Position numbers and translations under genes: made by a program
Source: Squalus acanthias
Lineage: Eukaryota
Assembly: GCA_030390025.1 (NCBI GenBank)
Contig: CM059436.1
Coordinates: forward strand, 13,516,001-13,580,000
DNA length: 64,000 nucleotides
Direction: 5' to 3'
Part shown: piece after piece, positions 24,501 to 36,814 of the stretch
Layout of the letters: every line of letters begins with the position of its first letter
Position numbering within the stretch: the stretch's first letter is position 1
The notes under the pieces: generated by a model
Told to the model about the DNA's origin: nothing
Databases searched by the model: none
Seen by the model: the letters and a program-made list of their open reading frames with translations, nothing else

Positions 24501-26267
24501 AATGTGAGTTTTCTGTGTTTTGAAAAATCTGCAGATATGTAGGATAAGTAAAGCATGAATCTGGTTCTTCCAGCATAAATCAACTAACATCGCTATTAGG
24601 CTAAATATGTAGGATTAATCCCCAAAATTTGAAACATTTTCGAAGTTTAGAAATACTGCAATGTGTCTTTGCTCTCTTGACCTATGTGAATTGTGCAGTT
24701 GTGTTCCTGATGATTTCTTGGACTGCATTGGTTTAATTGTGGAGGACAATTTAACATGCATGCAATGAGTGTTGTGATTATGTAGTCACTGTGCAAACTT
24801 TTGGTGAGATGATTTAGTTTAGGAAATATAATGCACAAATAACAGACCCCGATATCTGTAATTGAAGTGAAAATGCCTTGGGTCAGTAACAGACCATAAC
24901 TGTAAACTACCACATAGCAAACTTTACCATAGGTACTTGCTTGTTTTTTTAAGAAAGAAAAATAATGTCCCCCTAGTTAAGTAGAGGTACACCAAAATCT
25001 ACCATATTGATGTGTATATAGTTCCTTGTAGAAAAGTCACAACACAATGGGAATCTGGGGGAAAATAAAAATCTCTTCAAATATGTGTACTGGAAACATT
25101 ATAATGAGCAATATTTTCCTTGACCGCTATCAGCAAAGAAAACAAAATACAGTACTGCTGTTCAATTTTCTTCCTCTAACTATTTGAGGAAGAAAATTCT
25201 GCTAGACTATGCTGTTCTGGTATTAGGGTACCTTCTTACTAGAAAAGAGAAGCAAACTGTGTTGGTTTTATTCATCACTGGCGCTTGAAGATCTAGACCC
25301 CTCGCCAGACAGAAAATCATCTCTTCCATCCATGTTACAGATGAAGCATTTTTTTAAATCCCCAAATAATGGAGTTTAGTTTGTCAAGAATCTACTAATG
25401 GATTTGAAGCAGTCCAGGATTCCATATGTAACCTATTGGTTTCAGTTTGATTGCCCATCCAAAGGCATTTGTAATATTTATTTTGCAACATGTCCTTAAT
25501 TGTTTGTTTAAATGCAAATCGTGGATCTGGTTGTAATCATTCTTCTTGGCATTATGACAAGGTCAGCCCATTACTGGTCAGCATAAAATGACCATGAAAA
25601 GCATGCATCCTGAGAGAATATTTATATAGCGAGGCATTTAGCCTTCAATTTTGCTCCTTACCCATTGCTGCATTAAATTCTGTATCACGCAGCCCTTTAA
25701 CTTGGGATCATATGTATATGCCAGTTGGAATTTTATCTTGGATAGTGTCCTTCATTTTAGTATTACAAATGTGTGTAGCTTCCTGCCATCTGCTATATTT
25801 ACCAGCATTATTGTAAATTGCTGTTTTTTATTGCACAAGCGAATGGAAATGGTGGAGGCTCCATTTTCATTCTCCTTGGTGTTTCTAGGCATATCATACC
25901 ACATTAGGGGGAAAAAATTCTGTTGCTTAGCACCCTAAGAGGGCGCTAATGGGGCACAACGCAACTAGCGCCCAGGCGCGGCGATGTTTGCGCCGCTCGT
26001 GAAATTGACCAGAGTTTTTGCGGTGGCGCTAAACTCTACCGCCCTGATCTCCTGCGCCCGCAGATCGTGACGTCAGTCGAGCGTGCAACACCCCGGTGGC
26101 GCCCCTGGACTGGATATTGTGGCGCCCTCGGACTGGATATTGTGGCCCCCTTCCTTTCCGCCTGCCGCAAGCAATGACAGGGAGACTAGAACGTTTTGCA
26201 GTTGGCAAGGGGTTGGGGGAGTGCTGTTTAAAGGCACCCTCTTTCTGCCTTTTTTTGGATTTGACCT

Positions 26268-27304
26268 TTGATTCGGGGCGTTGTCCTGCGCCTGCAGAAT
26301 CAGAGGCATCAGAGACGCAGAGAGAGAGTGGCAATCATGGCCAGAGGGAGGAGGGCCAACAGGCCTCTGCACAGGAGACCTTACCCTCCCAGGGTATTCC
26401 GGGAACAATTCTCCTACATTCATTTGTCTGAGGAGCAGTGTTTGTGCAAGCTGCGCTTCAGCAAGGAGGTGGTCACTGAGCTCTGCCACCTTCTGCAGCC
26501 TCAACTGAGGACCAGGGCGTCTGTCGGTGGCAGTGAAGGTCACAGTGGCTCTGAATTTTTATGCCACCGGCTCCTTTCAAGCAGCTACTGGGGACATCGC
26601 CAATATCTCCCAGTTCGCGGTCCATTGCTGTATCGGGAGGTGACAAATGCCCTCTATAAAAGGAGACGCCAGTACATCTCTTTCCCGATGACCCGGGCCA
26701 AACAGCATGAACGTGCATTGGGCTTTGCAAGGATAGCGGGCTTCCCCATGGTGCAGGGCGCCATTGACTGCATGCATGTGGCATTGTGGGCACCGCATGA
26801 GAATGAAGAGGTTTTCCGAAACCACAAGGGGTTTCACTCCTTCAATGTCCAGTTGGTGTGTGACCATAGACAGCTGATACTCGCTGTCAATGCCTGCTAT
26901 CCTGGCAGCAGCCACGATGCTTTCATCCTGCGCCAGACTGGTGTGTCAGAGCTTTCCAGGCAGCGCATCAACTAAGTGGTTGGCTCCTCGGGGACAAGGG
27001 TTATCCACTCTGCACCTGGCTGACACCGCTCCGTAACCCCAACACCCCTGCTGAGCTGCGGTACAATGAGAGCCATCTCCCCACCAGGAACATCATTGAG
27101 CAGACGATCGGCGTGCTCAAGCAACGGTTCCGCTGTCTGGACCATTCAGGAGGAGCCCTGCAGTAATCGCCTGAGCGAGTCTCCCTCTTCATAGTTGTTT
27201 GCTGTATTCTTCATAACCTTGCAATCCTCAGGACCCAGCCAATGTCACCAGGCCTTGGCGCACCACCGGAAGAGGAGGAGGAGAAAGATCAGCAGCAGCA
27301 CTAA
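26268..27304 (+). pseudogene. Harbinger (HARBI1-like) DDE transposase, disrupted
   Basis: LRFSKE...[83 protein letters not shown] and CCILHN motifs. Several frameshifts and an in-frame TAA near 27164. Confidence 0.93.
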
Positions 27305-27684
27305 GGCGGGAGGGAGGCCCACAATGTTGAAACTGCAAGGGCCGCCCGTCAAAGAATGATAACAAGCCGCTTCTCGGCCCCTACTCAGGAAATGGCTTCT
27401 GGCATGGAGAACAACATGATGGAAAGCAACCTGCAACCCCTATAGCCGGCCAAGGCAGCAATGATTCCAAAGACCAAACATGTACATTTTGAATACAACA
27501 ACTTTTTTTATTTTACAAACTCTGTGTGTCATTTATTCATGACAAAATAATAGAAACAGACACAAAAAAATCATTAACATAACTGGTTCTCACAACCTGG
27601 AGATAATGGCCAAAACACTAAACAAAAGCTATCAGACGAACCTCTGCCTTTAATAAAAACATTCCCAACATTTCCTGAGACCTC

Positions 27685-29367
27685 CTACTTTTTTGCCCTT
27701 CGAGGGTGATCTCCTTCACTTGCCCCCTTCCCACCCTACTGCTCCTCCGTAATGGGGCCCCAGTGGCTGCACCAAGGCTGCTGAATGTCAGATCCTGAGA
27801 CTACAGATTCCCTTTAAGGATGCCCTCGACCAGCTCTGGGCCTGGAGGGCATGGCTGCAGACTGCACCAACTCTGCATGGGTGGCAGCAGCCTGGGCTAC
27901 AGGTGGTGGCAAGTGCAATGGGGAAGTGACAGTGGTGGCAGCAGGAATGCTGTCATCTTGAGAGAGGGCAACACTTCCCTGCTCGACTGACGCACTGGCA
28001 CTCCCATGGGGCAGCACCTCAGCCCCGGGGCAATGTGGCCGAACCAGCGACGATGGCAGCAGTCAGTGCTTGCGTGGCCTCAATCTGAGACTGCATGAGA
28101 GCAGTCTGAGATTGGATCATGGCAGCCAGTGACTGAGCACTAAGCATTTGCATGGTGTCCGCCTGTGCTGCAGCGTAGTGCTCCACACTCCTTGCCAGTG
28201 CATCAATGCTTTCGGGCACCCTTCCCACTGCACCCATGAGCTGAGTGTGCATGTCCACCGCCTGCGTGTTCATTTCAGCGATGAGCCGCTCCTCCTCTGC
28301 GTCCAGTGCAGCAGGACTCACTGGCCTACTCTCCCTCCGAGGAGAAGGCCCCCGAACTTCCCTACCCCTATCGCGTTGCTGCAGCCCGCTGGGTCCCGGA
28401 GCTCCGGGTCCCGGAGCTCCACCCTCATCAGACTACTCCCTCCCCCCCACCCCCCCCCCAGGGAAGACGTGGGCATGGGCTTCCTCGGGAGACATTGGGG
28501 CTGAGGCTCCGGCTTCCTCCTCTTCCTCGCCTGCAGCTTCGCTCCTACTGGCTGCTTGAGGGCCCGTCTCCTCAGTTGGTGAATCACCATCTGAAAGCAG
28601 GGAGGTGCAAGAGTGGCCTTAGCGTGAGGACAGGGGGGCAGTAAGGGAGGAAGGAGTGGTACGATTTAGTAAGTTGGATTGAAAGTGTAAAAGGCTGGTG
28701 TTGTGAAGGACAAGTGGAATGAGAGAGGAGAGAAAGCTGATGACCTTACCATTGCTGTCCCGAACGGGGTCGGCTTCTCCAGGGGTGACGGGACCGATCA
28801 CCTGGCTTGCCACAATCCTGTGGACGCGCGCCTCAAGATCGCTGAGGGGTTGCAGCTGAGGCGGCCCTCCACCCGTCCGTTGCTGCTGTCTCGTGTTGTG
28901 AGATAGCTTGGCCTGCAAGAAAAAGGACGGCATCTGAGTAAATATGCAGCCATGGTCTTGCCTGATGTGCCTCCCATAGTTGATTAGCCCTTAATGTATG
29001 CAAGGTGTGGAATGTGCTTGTGTGTTTTATGAGATGGCCATAGGTCTTGGATTTGTGTTGGACATTGGGGTTTTAAGACCCTCTGGCCATAGTGAGGTTG
29101 AGATGGAGGGATGGAGAGGTATTGAAAAACAGCCACTCACCCTGACGACCCGAGTGAGGTCGTTGAACTTATTGCGTATGGGTCCTGGGCTCTATGCTCC
29201 TGGAGGAGACATGATGAGCCACCTCCCTCCACACTCTTCTGTAGTCGCCCGGCAATGGCCTCCTGCCACTCTCAGTACAGTACAGCTCTTCGGCGCTCCA
29301 CCGTGCCAACCAGAGCCTCCAGGGCCCGGTCGCTGAAGCGCTGAGCTCATTCCCTGACCCCCTCCAT
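27685..29367 (-). pseudogene. Harbinger Myb/SANT-like DNA-binding gene, three exons, disrupted
   Basis: Exon 1 (29367-29141) reads MEGVRE*AQRFSDRALEALVGTVERRRAVLY..WREVAHHVSS..RT...KFNDLTR, donor GTGAGT. Exon 2 (28912-28750) reads AKLSHNTRQQQRTGGGPP, acceptor TTGCAG, donor GTAAGG. Exon 3 starts at 28590 (acceptor TTTCAG) with an acidic, then Ala/Gln-rich helical region. The 3' end is approximate. Confidence 0.85.
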
Positions 29368-29899
29368 AGTCCTTGGCTGAAGATTTCAGGCACAGGTCTG
29401 TTCACGACGAGATTCAAGCCTGCAATGAGCAGGGTGTGGCTGGAGAGCAAGATTGACCCTCTCCTTTAAGAACTGTCCGGCGCCAGTGTGTCTGTGTTCC
29501 ATTGCTAACTGACATCACCTGAGCTTCGCCCGCGCTCTGAGTTAGCGCCTCACTCCTCGGCCTTTGCGCCTTAAGACAGGTGTGTAGCGCCTGATTTAGC
29601 GCTCCAATCACCTCCAGGGGCGATAAAAGCCAAGTTTGCAGTCGGAGGCAATAATTAGCGCCAGGCGCTAAACTTTATGCCTGACTGATAATTGCGCCCC
29701 AAACGGGGTGATACCGAATTTCTCCGCCTAGGAGTTTTGGCTACAATTCTGTTTTTTGGTTTATAATCTGGCAAAAGCTGATGTACAGTGTGACGAGGTA
29801 AAATTGATGTGCCTCATTAAATGGTACATCCATCTTCGGCTCACCTTGTTCTCGATTTGTCTTCCAATGGTGGCATGGAGAGAGTGGGCAACAAGCTAG

Positions 29900-31300
29900 T
29901 GTCAGAGGAATGTAGAGTGCGAACGAAGAGCTGCAAAAGGTTTCCTAGACACAGTGGAGTGAGAGTGTGAGGTAAATGTTCTTGAAATCAATTTACTGGG
30001 ACTAGTGGTGACGAATGTGAGGGACTTTGTGTTAACAAGGATTCAAGTGCAGGATTCTGGATTAGTTGAAGTTGTGCAGGATGGAGATGGAGAAGACTGC
30101 CAAGGAAAGCATTTAATGAATCTATCCTTGAGATTATGAATACACTGATGAGGGTTTCAACAACAGCGGGTCTCATGTAGGGGTTGGCAGTATTCAGGAG
30201 CTGGACTTGGCAATGGATTGAATATTGGGTTTAAAACTTTTCTCCAGGTTAAACAAAACACCAGAGCTGGGCATCACCAAGTGCATCTTGAGCGGGCAAC
30301 TAGAGAGATTGAATATGTCGAGGCCAGAGGCACATAGGTGCTGACCACAGATGAATAAGTATTGTTGATTGTTGAGCTGTAGAAAATTTTGGCTTATCCA
30401 GGACCTGATATTGGATAGGTAATAGATATTATAGCAACAGTCCTTGAATAAATAGTGTTGTCAGAAAGGTAGAGGTATCTTTGGCATGCATCGTGTGGTT
30501 GACTGCTTTCTTGGGCCGAGGCTGCTGAGAAGTAGAATTTCGATGATCATTGAGGGAGCCAAGGCCAAAAGCCTGCTGCACAGTGAAGGTGATCATGCAG
30601 GTATGAGAGGCGAAACTGTTGGAGATGTCATTATCGTGTTGGGACAGACTTGAATGGTACCACAGAGGAAAGTTGGTAGAAGAAGATGAAATAGCTAATA
30701 CTGTTGACTTTGATGAAGTTTGGGGTGGATTAAGAGGACAGAGTTGTCGTTGCGGACGTATAGGATGTCATTGCTGACTTTGACGAACGTGGTCTCAGTG
30801 CTGTGGTCAGATTGATGAGTAAATTAGAAGGACTCTAATAGTGAAGAACACATTGGGTAGCATTGGTGGTTTCAAGGAAGCTGGACAGAAAGGTTAGAGA
30901 TTTAGCAGTAGTGTGAGAATTCAAAGGAGCTGAGGGTAGACATTTTAAAGGGGAAATTATGACAGCAATTTTAAAATGGGTGGGAAAATCCCTGAGGGTA
31001 AGAGGAGGACGATGGTAGCAAGCATGGGGCCACAAAGGAAAAGTTGGATAATCCGGAGCCGGAATAGAAAAAGGTTGATCAAGCTGGTATGTGGTTTCAT
31101 GGAAACAATGAGTCTGCTGAAGGCTGGCAGGAGGAAGATGGAGGAGCAGCTACAGATTGTATTGACACTAGGTAGGAAAGGGAACTACAAGGACTGAAGT
31201 TTGGAGGAGGCAAAAGTAGGCAAACATAGGGCCTTGATTTTTGAAACAGAAGTCCATGATTGCTTGCATCCAGCATGTGGTGAAAATGGAGTGTATGGGG
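29900..31300 (-). mobile_element. Old L2 LINE remnant
   Basis: ETLISVFIISRIDSLNAFL...LQLIQN and LTFLSSFLE on the minus strand; highly diverged. Confidence 0.6.
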
Positions 31301-31339
31301 AGGGGTGGGAAGGAAGTATAAAAGAGGCAGTAGGTAGTA

Positions 31340-34305
31340 AAGGAAGGATATACTTGCCATAGAGGGAGTGCATCGAAGGTTCACCAGACTGGTTCCTGGG
31401 ATGAGGGGATTGCCCTATGAGGAGAGATTGAGTAGACTAGGCCTATATTCTCTAGAGTTTAGAAGAATGAGAGGTGATCTTGGACCTGGTCCTGTGTAAT
31501 GAGTCAGGATTAATTAATAATGTCCTAGTTAAGGATCCCCTTGGAATGAGTGACCATAACATGGTTGAATTCCATATCCAATTAGAGGGTGAGAAGGTTG
31601 GTTCTCAAACAAGCGTACTGAGCTTGAATAAAGGAGACTATGATGGTATGAGAGCGGAATTGATTAAAGTGGACTGGGAAAATAGATTAAAGGGTAAGAC
31701 GGTACATGAGCAGTGGTGTTCATTTAAGGAGTTATTTTACAACTTTCAAAAAAAAAATATTCCACTGAGGAAAAAAGGGTGTAAAAGAAATGACAGCCAT
31801 CCGTGGCTAAGTAAAGAAATTAAGGATAGTATCCGACTAAAAACAAGGACATATAAGGTAGCCAAACTTAGTGGGAGGATAGAAGATTGGGAAGTCTTCA
31901 AAAGACAGCAAAAAGTAACTAAAGGATTGATTAAGAAAGGGAAGATAGATTATGAAAATAAATTAGCAAAAAATATAAAAACAGATAGCAAGAGTTTCTA
32001 TAGTTATATAAAAAGAAAAAGGGTGGCTAAGGCAAACGTAGGTCCCTTAGAGGATGAGACCAGGAAATTAATGGTGGGAAACATGGAGATGGCAAAAATG
32101 CTGAACAAATATTTTGTTTCAGTCTTTACGGTAGAGGACACTAAGAATATCCCAACACTGGACAAACAGGGGGCTCCAGGGGGGGGAGGAGCTAAATACG
32201 ATTAAAATCACTAAGGAATTGGTACTCAGTAAAATAATGGGACTCAAGGCGGATAAATCCCCTGGACCTGATGGCTTACATCCTAGGGTCTTGAGGGAAG
32301 TGGCAGTAGGGATTATAGATGCTTTGGTAATTTTCCAAAATTCCCTGGACTCAGCAAAGGTCCCGGCAGATTGGAAAACTGCTAATGTAACACCCTTATT
32401 TAAAAAGGGTAGTAGGCAGAAGGCTGGGAATTATAGACCAGTTAGCCTAACATCTGTGGTGGGTAAAATTTTGGAGTCTATTATTAAGGAGACAGTAACG
32501 GAACATTTAGATAAACATAATTTAATAGGACAAAGTCAGCATGGCTTTATGAAGGGGAAGTCATGTCTGACAAATTTGCTGGAGTTCTTGGAGGACATAA
32601 CGTACAGGGTGGATAAAGGGGAACCAGTGGACGTAGTGTATTTAGACTTCCAGAAGGCATTCGACAAGGTGCCACATAATAGATTATTGCTCAAGATAAA
32701 AAATCACTGGATTGGGGGTAATATTCTGGCATGGGTGGAGGATTGGTTATCTAACAGGAAGCAGAGAGTTGGGATAAATGGTTCATTCTCGGACTGGCAA
32801 CCAGTAGCCAGTGGTGTTCCGCAGGGGTCGGTGCTGGGTCCCCAACTCTTTACAATCTATATTAACGATTTGGAGGAGGGGACCGAGTGTAACATATCAA
32901 AGTTTGCAGATGATACAAAGATGGGAGGGAAAGTAGAAAGTGAGGAGGACATAAAAACCCTACAAGGGGATATAGACAGGCTGGGTGAGTGGGCGGAGAT
33001 TTGGCAGATGCAATACAATATTGGAAAATGTGTGGTTATGCACTTTGGCAGGAAAAATCAGAGAGCAAGTTATTATCTTAATGGTGAGAAACTGGGAAGT
33101 ACTGCAGTACAAAGGGATCTGGGGGTCCTAGTGCAAGAAAATCAAAAAGTTAGTATGCAGGTGCAGCAGGTGATCAAGAAGGCCAACGGAATGTTGGCTT
33201 TTATTGCTAGGGGGATAGATTATAAAAACAGGGAGGTATTGCTGCAGTTATATAAGGTATTGGTGAGACCGCACCTGGAATACTGCATACAGTTTTGGTG
33301 TCCATACTTAAGAAAAGACATACTTGCTCTCGAGGCAGTACAAAGAAGGTTCACTCGGTTAATCCCGGGGATGAGGGGGTGGACATATGAGGAGAGGTTG
33401 AGTAGATTGGGACTCTACTCATTGGAGTTCAGAAGAATGAGAGGCGATCTTATTGAAACATATAAGATTGTGAAGGGGCTTGATCGGGTGGATGCGGTAA
33501 GGATGTTCCCAAGGATGGGTGAAACTAGAACTAGGGGGCATAATCTTAGAATAAGGGGCTGCTCTTTCAAAACTGAGATGAGGAGAAACTTCTTCAATCA
33601 GAGGGAAGTAGGTCTGTGGAATTTGCTTCCCCAGGAAGCTGTGGAAGCTACATCATTAAATAAATTTAAAACAGAAATAGACAGTTTCCTAGAAGTAAAG
33701 GGAATTAGGGGTTACGGGGAGCGGGCAGGAAATTGGACATGAGGCTGAGTTCGGATCGGTCGAGGCCCTGTGGGTGGCGTAGCGGGCCCAGGGGCTGAGT
33801 GGCCGGGTCCTGCTCCTACTTCTTGTGTTCTTTAGATTTGAGGTGAGGATCAGATCAGCCGTGATCATATTGAATGGCGGAGCAGGCTTGAAGGGCCGAT
33901 TGGCCTACTCCTGCTCCTATTTCTTATGATCTCATTGAAACATACATAATTCTTACAGGGCTTGACAGGGTAGATGCAGGGAGGATGTTTCCCCTGGCTG
34001 GGGAGCCTAGAACCAGGAGTCACAGTCTCAGAATAAGGGGTCGGCCATTTAGGACTGAGATGAGGAGAAATTTCTTCATTCAGGGTGGTGAATCTTTGGA
34101 ATTTTCTACCCAGAGGGCTGTGGAGGCTCAGTCGTTGAGTATATTCAAGACACAGATCGATAGATTTTTGGATATTGAGGGAATCAAGGGATATGGGGAT
34201 AGTGCAGGAAAGTGGAGATGAGGTAGAAGATCAGCCATGATCTTATTGAATGGCGGAGCAGGCTCGAAGGGCCAACTGGCCTACTCCTCCATTTCTTATG
34301 TTCTA
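31340..34305 (+). mobile_element. Older CR1 3' fragment (31340-31480 and 33927-34305) hosting a nested CR1
   Basis: Reads ...agaagaatgagaggtgatct | insert | tgatctcattgaaacatac..., so the RRMRGDLIETY motif is split by the insertion. Confidence 0.88.
31481..33926 (+). mobile_element. Young 5'-truncated CR1 LINE with nearly intact ORF2 (RT)
   Basis: ORFs 31474-32205 and 32219-33742 are separated by one frameshift at a G-run (~32180). LDLVL...SDHN endonuclease end, [29 protein letters not shown] and KFADD motifs. Dimeric 3' UTR. Confidence 0.96.
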
Positions 34306-34391
34306 AAGAGGAGTTCAGGATTATTGCAGCTGAGTGGAGGTACTGCTTGAGGTGGTTATGCCAGATCTGGTGGTGGGCAGCCAGGATAGTC

Positions 34392-34698
34392 AGAATCACA
34401 GAATCCCCACAATGCAGATAGAGGCCATTTCGGCCCATCGAGCCTGCACCGACACATATCCCACCCTAGCCCCGTAACCCCACGTATTTAATCCCCCCTA
34501 ACACTAAGAGTCAATTTATCATAGCCAAATCAACCTAACCCGCATATCTTTGGACAGTGGGAGGAAACCGGAGCACCCGGAGGAAACCCACGCAGACACT
34601 GGAGAATGTGCAAACTCCACACAGACAGTCACCCGAGGCCGGATTCGAACCCGGGTCCCTGGCGCTGTGAGGCAACAGTGCTAACCACTATGCCACCA
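34392..34698 (-). mobile_element. HE1-type tRNA-derived V-SINE
   Basis: Minus strand GGTGGCATAGTGGTTAGCACTG (A box), GGTTCGAATCC (B box), V-domain-like TGTGTGGAGTTTGCACATTCTCC, and a CR1-derived tail GATGGGCCGAAATGGCCTC. Confidence 0.88.
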
Positions 34699-34699
34699 A

Positions 34700-35280
34700 G
34701 TTGCCGATGCCAAATGAACTGTCATCTGCAGTCCAAAAGCCTTGCTGTTGTACCAGGATGGAGGGTGGAGAATATTTTGTCTTGACGGTTGCTGTTTCCT
34801 TTTGGACATTGTGGTAAGGTCCCCAGCTCCAGTTGTAGATGGCTTCTACCCCTGATGGTTCAGACCCCTTTTTAGTTTGTTACTGTTTCCAAGAACAGTC
34901 CACTTCAGAGCACTGAAATTCCAAGAAGTGCTGCGTGCAATAGACCTGGTCCTCATCGGGCAGTCCAATCAGGAGCGGTAGAGGAGCCAACCCATTCAGC
35001 TGGCAGAGCAGCAACCAGCGGTGTGTGAATGGGCTGGGAAGCCCAACAACACCATGGAGCAGAGCTGGATAAGAAGCAGTTAAGGATCTCGGTAAGCAGC
35101 AGCAGAGAGACCGATGCAGCGGGTTTAGGCAGGCAATGGTGGGGCAAGGAGCTGAAGCAGCAGATAAATAGAGACGACCCACAATGATGGTTTAAGTTGG
35201 GAGAGGCAGACAGGAACCTAGGGCCCTTTGAGGACCAATTGGGGTGGTTGGAAGCAGAGAGCAAGGTGGGTGGGTGATGT
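34700..35280 (-). mobile_element. Degenerate L2-like LINE fragment
   Basis: Purine-rich + strand typical of the reverse complement of the other L2 copies here; no clean motif. Confidence 0.4.
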
Positions 35281-35977
35281 ATTGCATAGCAGGAAGCAGT
35301 GAGGTAGAGACAGGACTGGGTTGGTAGGGAAACAAAACTGATCTTTTGGCAACAAACCTATGGCTGCACTTCAGGAAGCACTTGCCTGTGGCCCAGAGAG
35401 TCTATGATCAAGGCAAATAGATTGGGCTTCAATCTAATGACGTTGCAGGGTAAACCTCAATGTTACGTGATAAATTTATAATGGAAATCAGCCATTTATA
35501 ACACCACCTACAGGCATAACTAGTACTGCAAGTAAATGCTGACTTTTTTTAGTGCTTCATTTTCCTATGAGATTAATATGATGTAGGATTTTTCAATGCA
35601 TTTAAAATGGTATGTTGTGACCCACTCTGATTTTTTTTTTTATATAATGGAGGTGCTGTATTTTTTTTCTCTACATCAATTGGCAAGAAAGTACATTTTG
35701 TAACACTTCTCTTAATACAATATTCTATTTCAGGATGAACCTCAATTTGCATAATGTCCTTGATCTAATGCCGTGCTTACTTAAACTTTGCAAGAACCTA
35801 TCTAGTGTTCTCATCACATTGTGGTAAGGACTTGTTAAAATACCTGGAGGTGAGATGCTGGCAACATGTTATGCTTTTACAAAAAGAAAATACTGCAGAT
35901 GCTGGAAATCTGAAATAAAAACAGAAAATGCGAGAGACGCTCAGCAGGTCAGGCAGCATCCGTGGAGAGAGAAACAG

Positions 35978-36014
35978 AGTTAACGTTTCAGGTCGATGAC
36001 CCTTCGTCAGAACT
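35978..36014 (-). ncRNA. Minimal hammerhead ribozyme motif, second (inverted) copy
   Basis: Exact reverse complement of 36778-36814 (agttaacgtttcaggtcgatgacccttcgtcagaact). Confidence 0.75.
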
Positions 36015-36777
36015 GGAAAAAAGCAGGAAATGGAACAGATTTTTAAGCAAGTGTAGTGGCTGGGAAATGGGGGAGGGGATGAAAGAACAAAAGGGAAGGT
36101 CTGTGATGGGATAGAAAGCAGGAGAGATTAAGAGACATTGAGAGACGTTAAGAGATATTAAAGGCAAAAGGGGATGGTAATGGGACAGGTTAAGGAACAA
36201 AGGATGGCTCTAGATGAAGTGTAAATTGCGCTGGCAGAATGAAAGACAGCTGCCATGTGGGAGAGAAGAACAGATCTGAAATTGTTGAACTCAATGTTGA
36301 GTCAGAGGGCTGTAAAGTGCCTAATCGAAAGATGAGGTGCTGTTCCTAGAACTTACGCTGAGCTTCCGTGGAACAATGCAAGAGGCCGAGGACGGTGAGG
36401 TCTGAATGGGAGTGGAGTGCTGAATTAAAGTGACAGGCGACCGGAAGCTCGGGGTCCCCCTTACGGACTGAACGGAGGTGTTCCACAAAGCAGTCACCCA
36501 ATCTGCGTTTGGTCTCCCCAGTGTAGAGGAGACCACATCGTGAGCAGCGAATACAGTATACTAAATTTCAGCGCAATTTACACTTCATCTAGAGCCATCC
36601 TTTGTTCCTTAACCTGTCCCATTACCATCCCCTTTTGCCTTGAATGTCTCTTAATGTCTCTCAATCTCTCCTGCTTTCTATCCTATCACAGACCTTCCCT
36701 TTTGTTCTTTCATCTTTTCCCCCATTTCCCAGCCACTACACTTGCTTAAAAATCTGTTCCATTTCCTGCTTTTTTCC

Positions 36778-36814
36778 AGTTCTGACGAAGGGTCATCGAC
36801 CTGAAACGTTAACT
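36778..36814 (+). ncRNA. Minimal type I hammerhead ribozyme motif (Penelope pLTR)
   Basis: AGTT-CTGACGA-AGGGTCATCGACCT-GAAA-CGTT-AACT: stem I AGTT/AACT, core CUGANGA and GAAA, stem II GGTC/GACC, palindromic ACGT in place of stem III. Confidence 0.75.

Larger units (their letters stand above)
25908..29728 (+). mobile_element. Full-length, defective PIF/Harbinger DNA transposon
   Basis: 13-bp imperfect TIRs ggggaaaaaattc (25908-25920) and gaatttctccgcc (29716-29728), 10/13 matching. A 3-bp TSD TAG lies on both sides (25905-07, 29729-31). Convergent transposase and Myb/SANT-like genes; repeated TAGCGCC subterminal motifs. Confidence 0.92.

Noticed and set aside
26095-26146. CRISPR-like or regulatory repeat (23-bp unit x2)
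   Set aside because: Simple tandem duplication without spacers, inside the Harbinger 5' region of a eukaryotic genome.
26268-26975. Host HARBI1 gene
   Set aside because: Frameshifts and stops, TIRs, a TSD and a partner Myb-like gene show it is a transposon copy, not the domesticated gene.
31474-33742. Retron, group II intron or other novel RT system
   Set aside because: Motifs and 3' UTR are standard CR1 LINE ORF2, and many related copies are present in the window.
34620-34698. tRNA gene
   Set aside because: A and B boxes are present but continue into a SINE body and LINE-derived tail; no proper cloverleaf.
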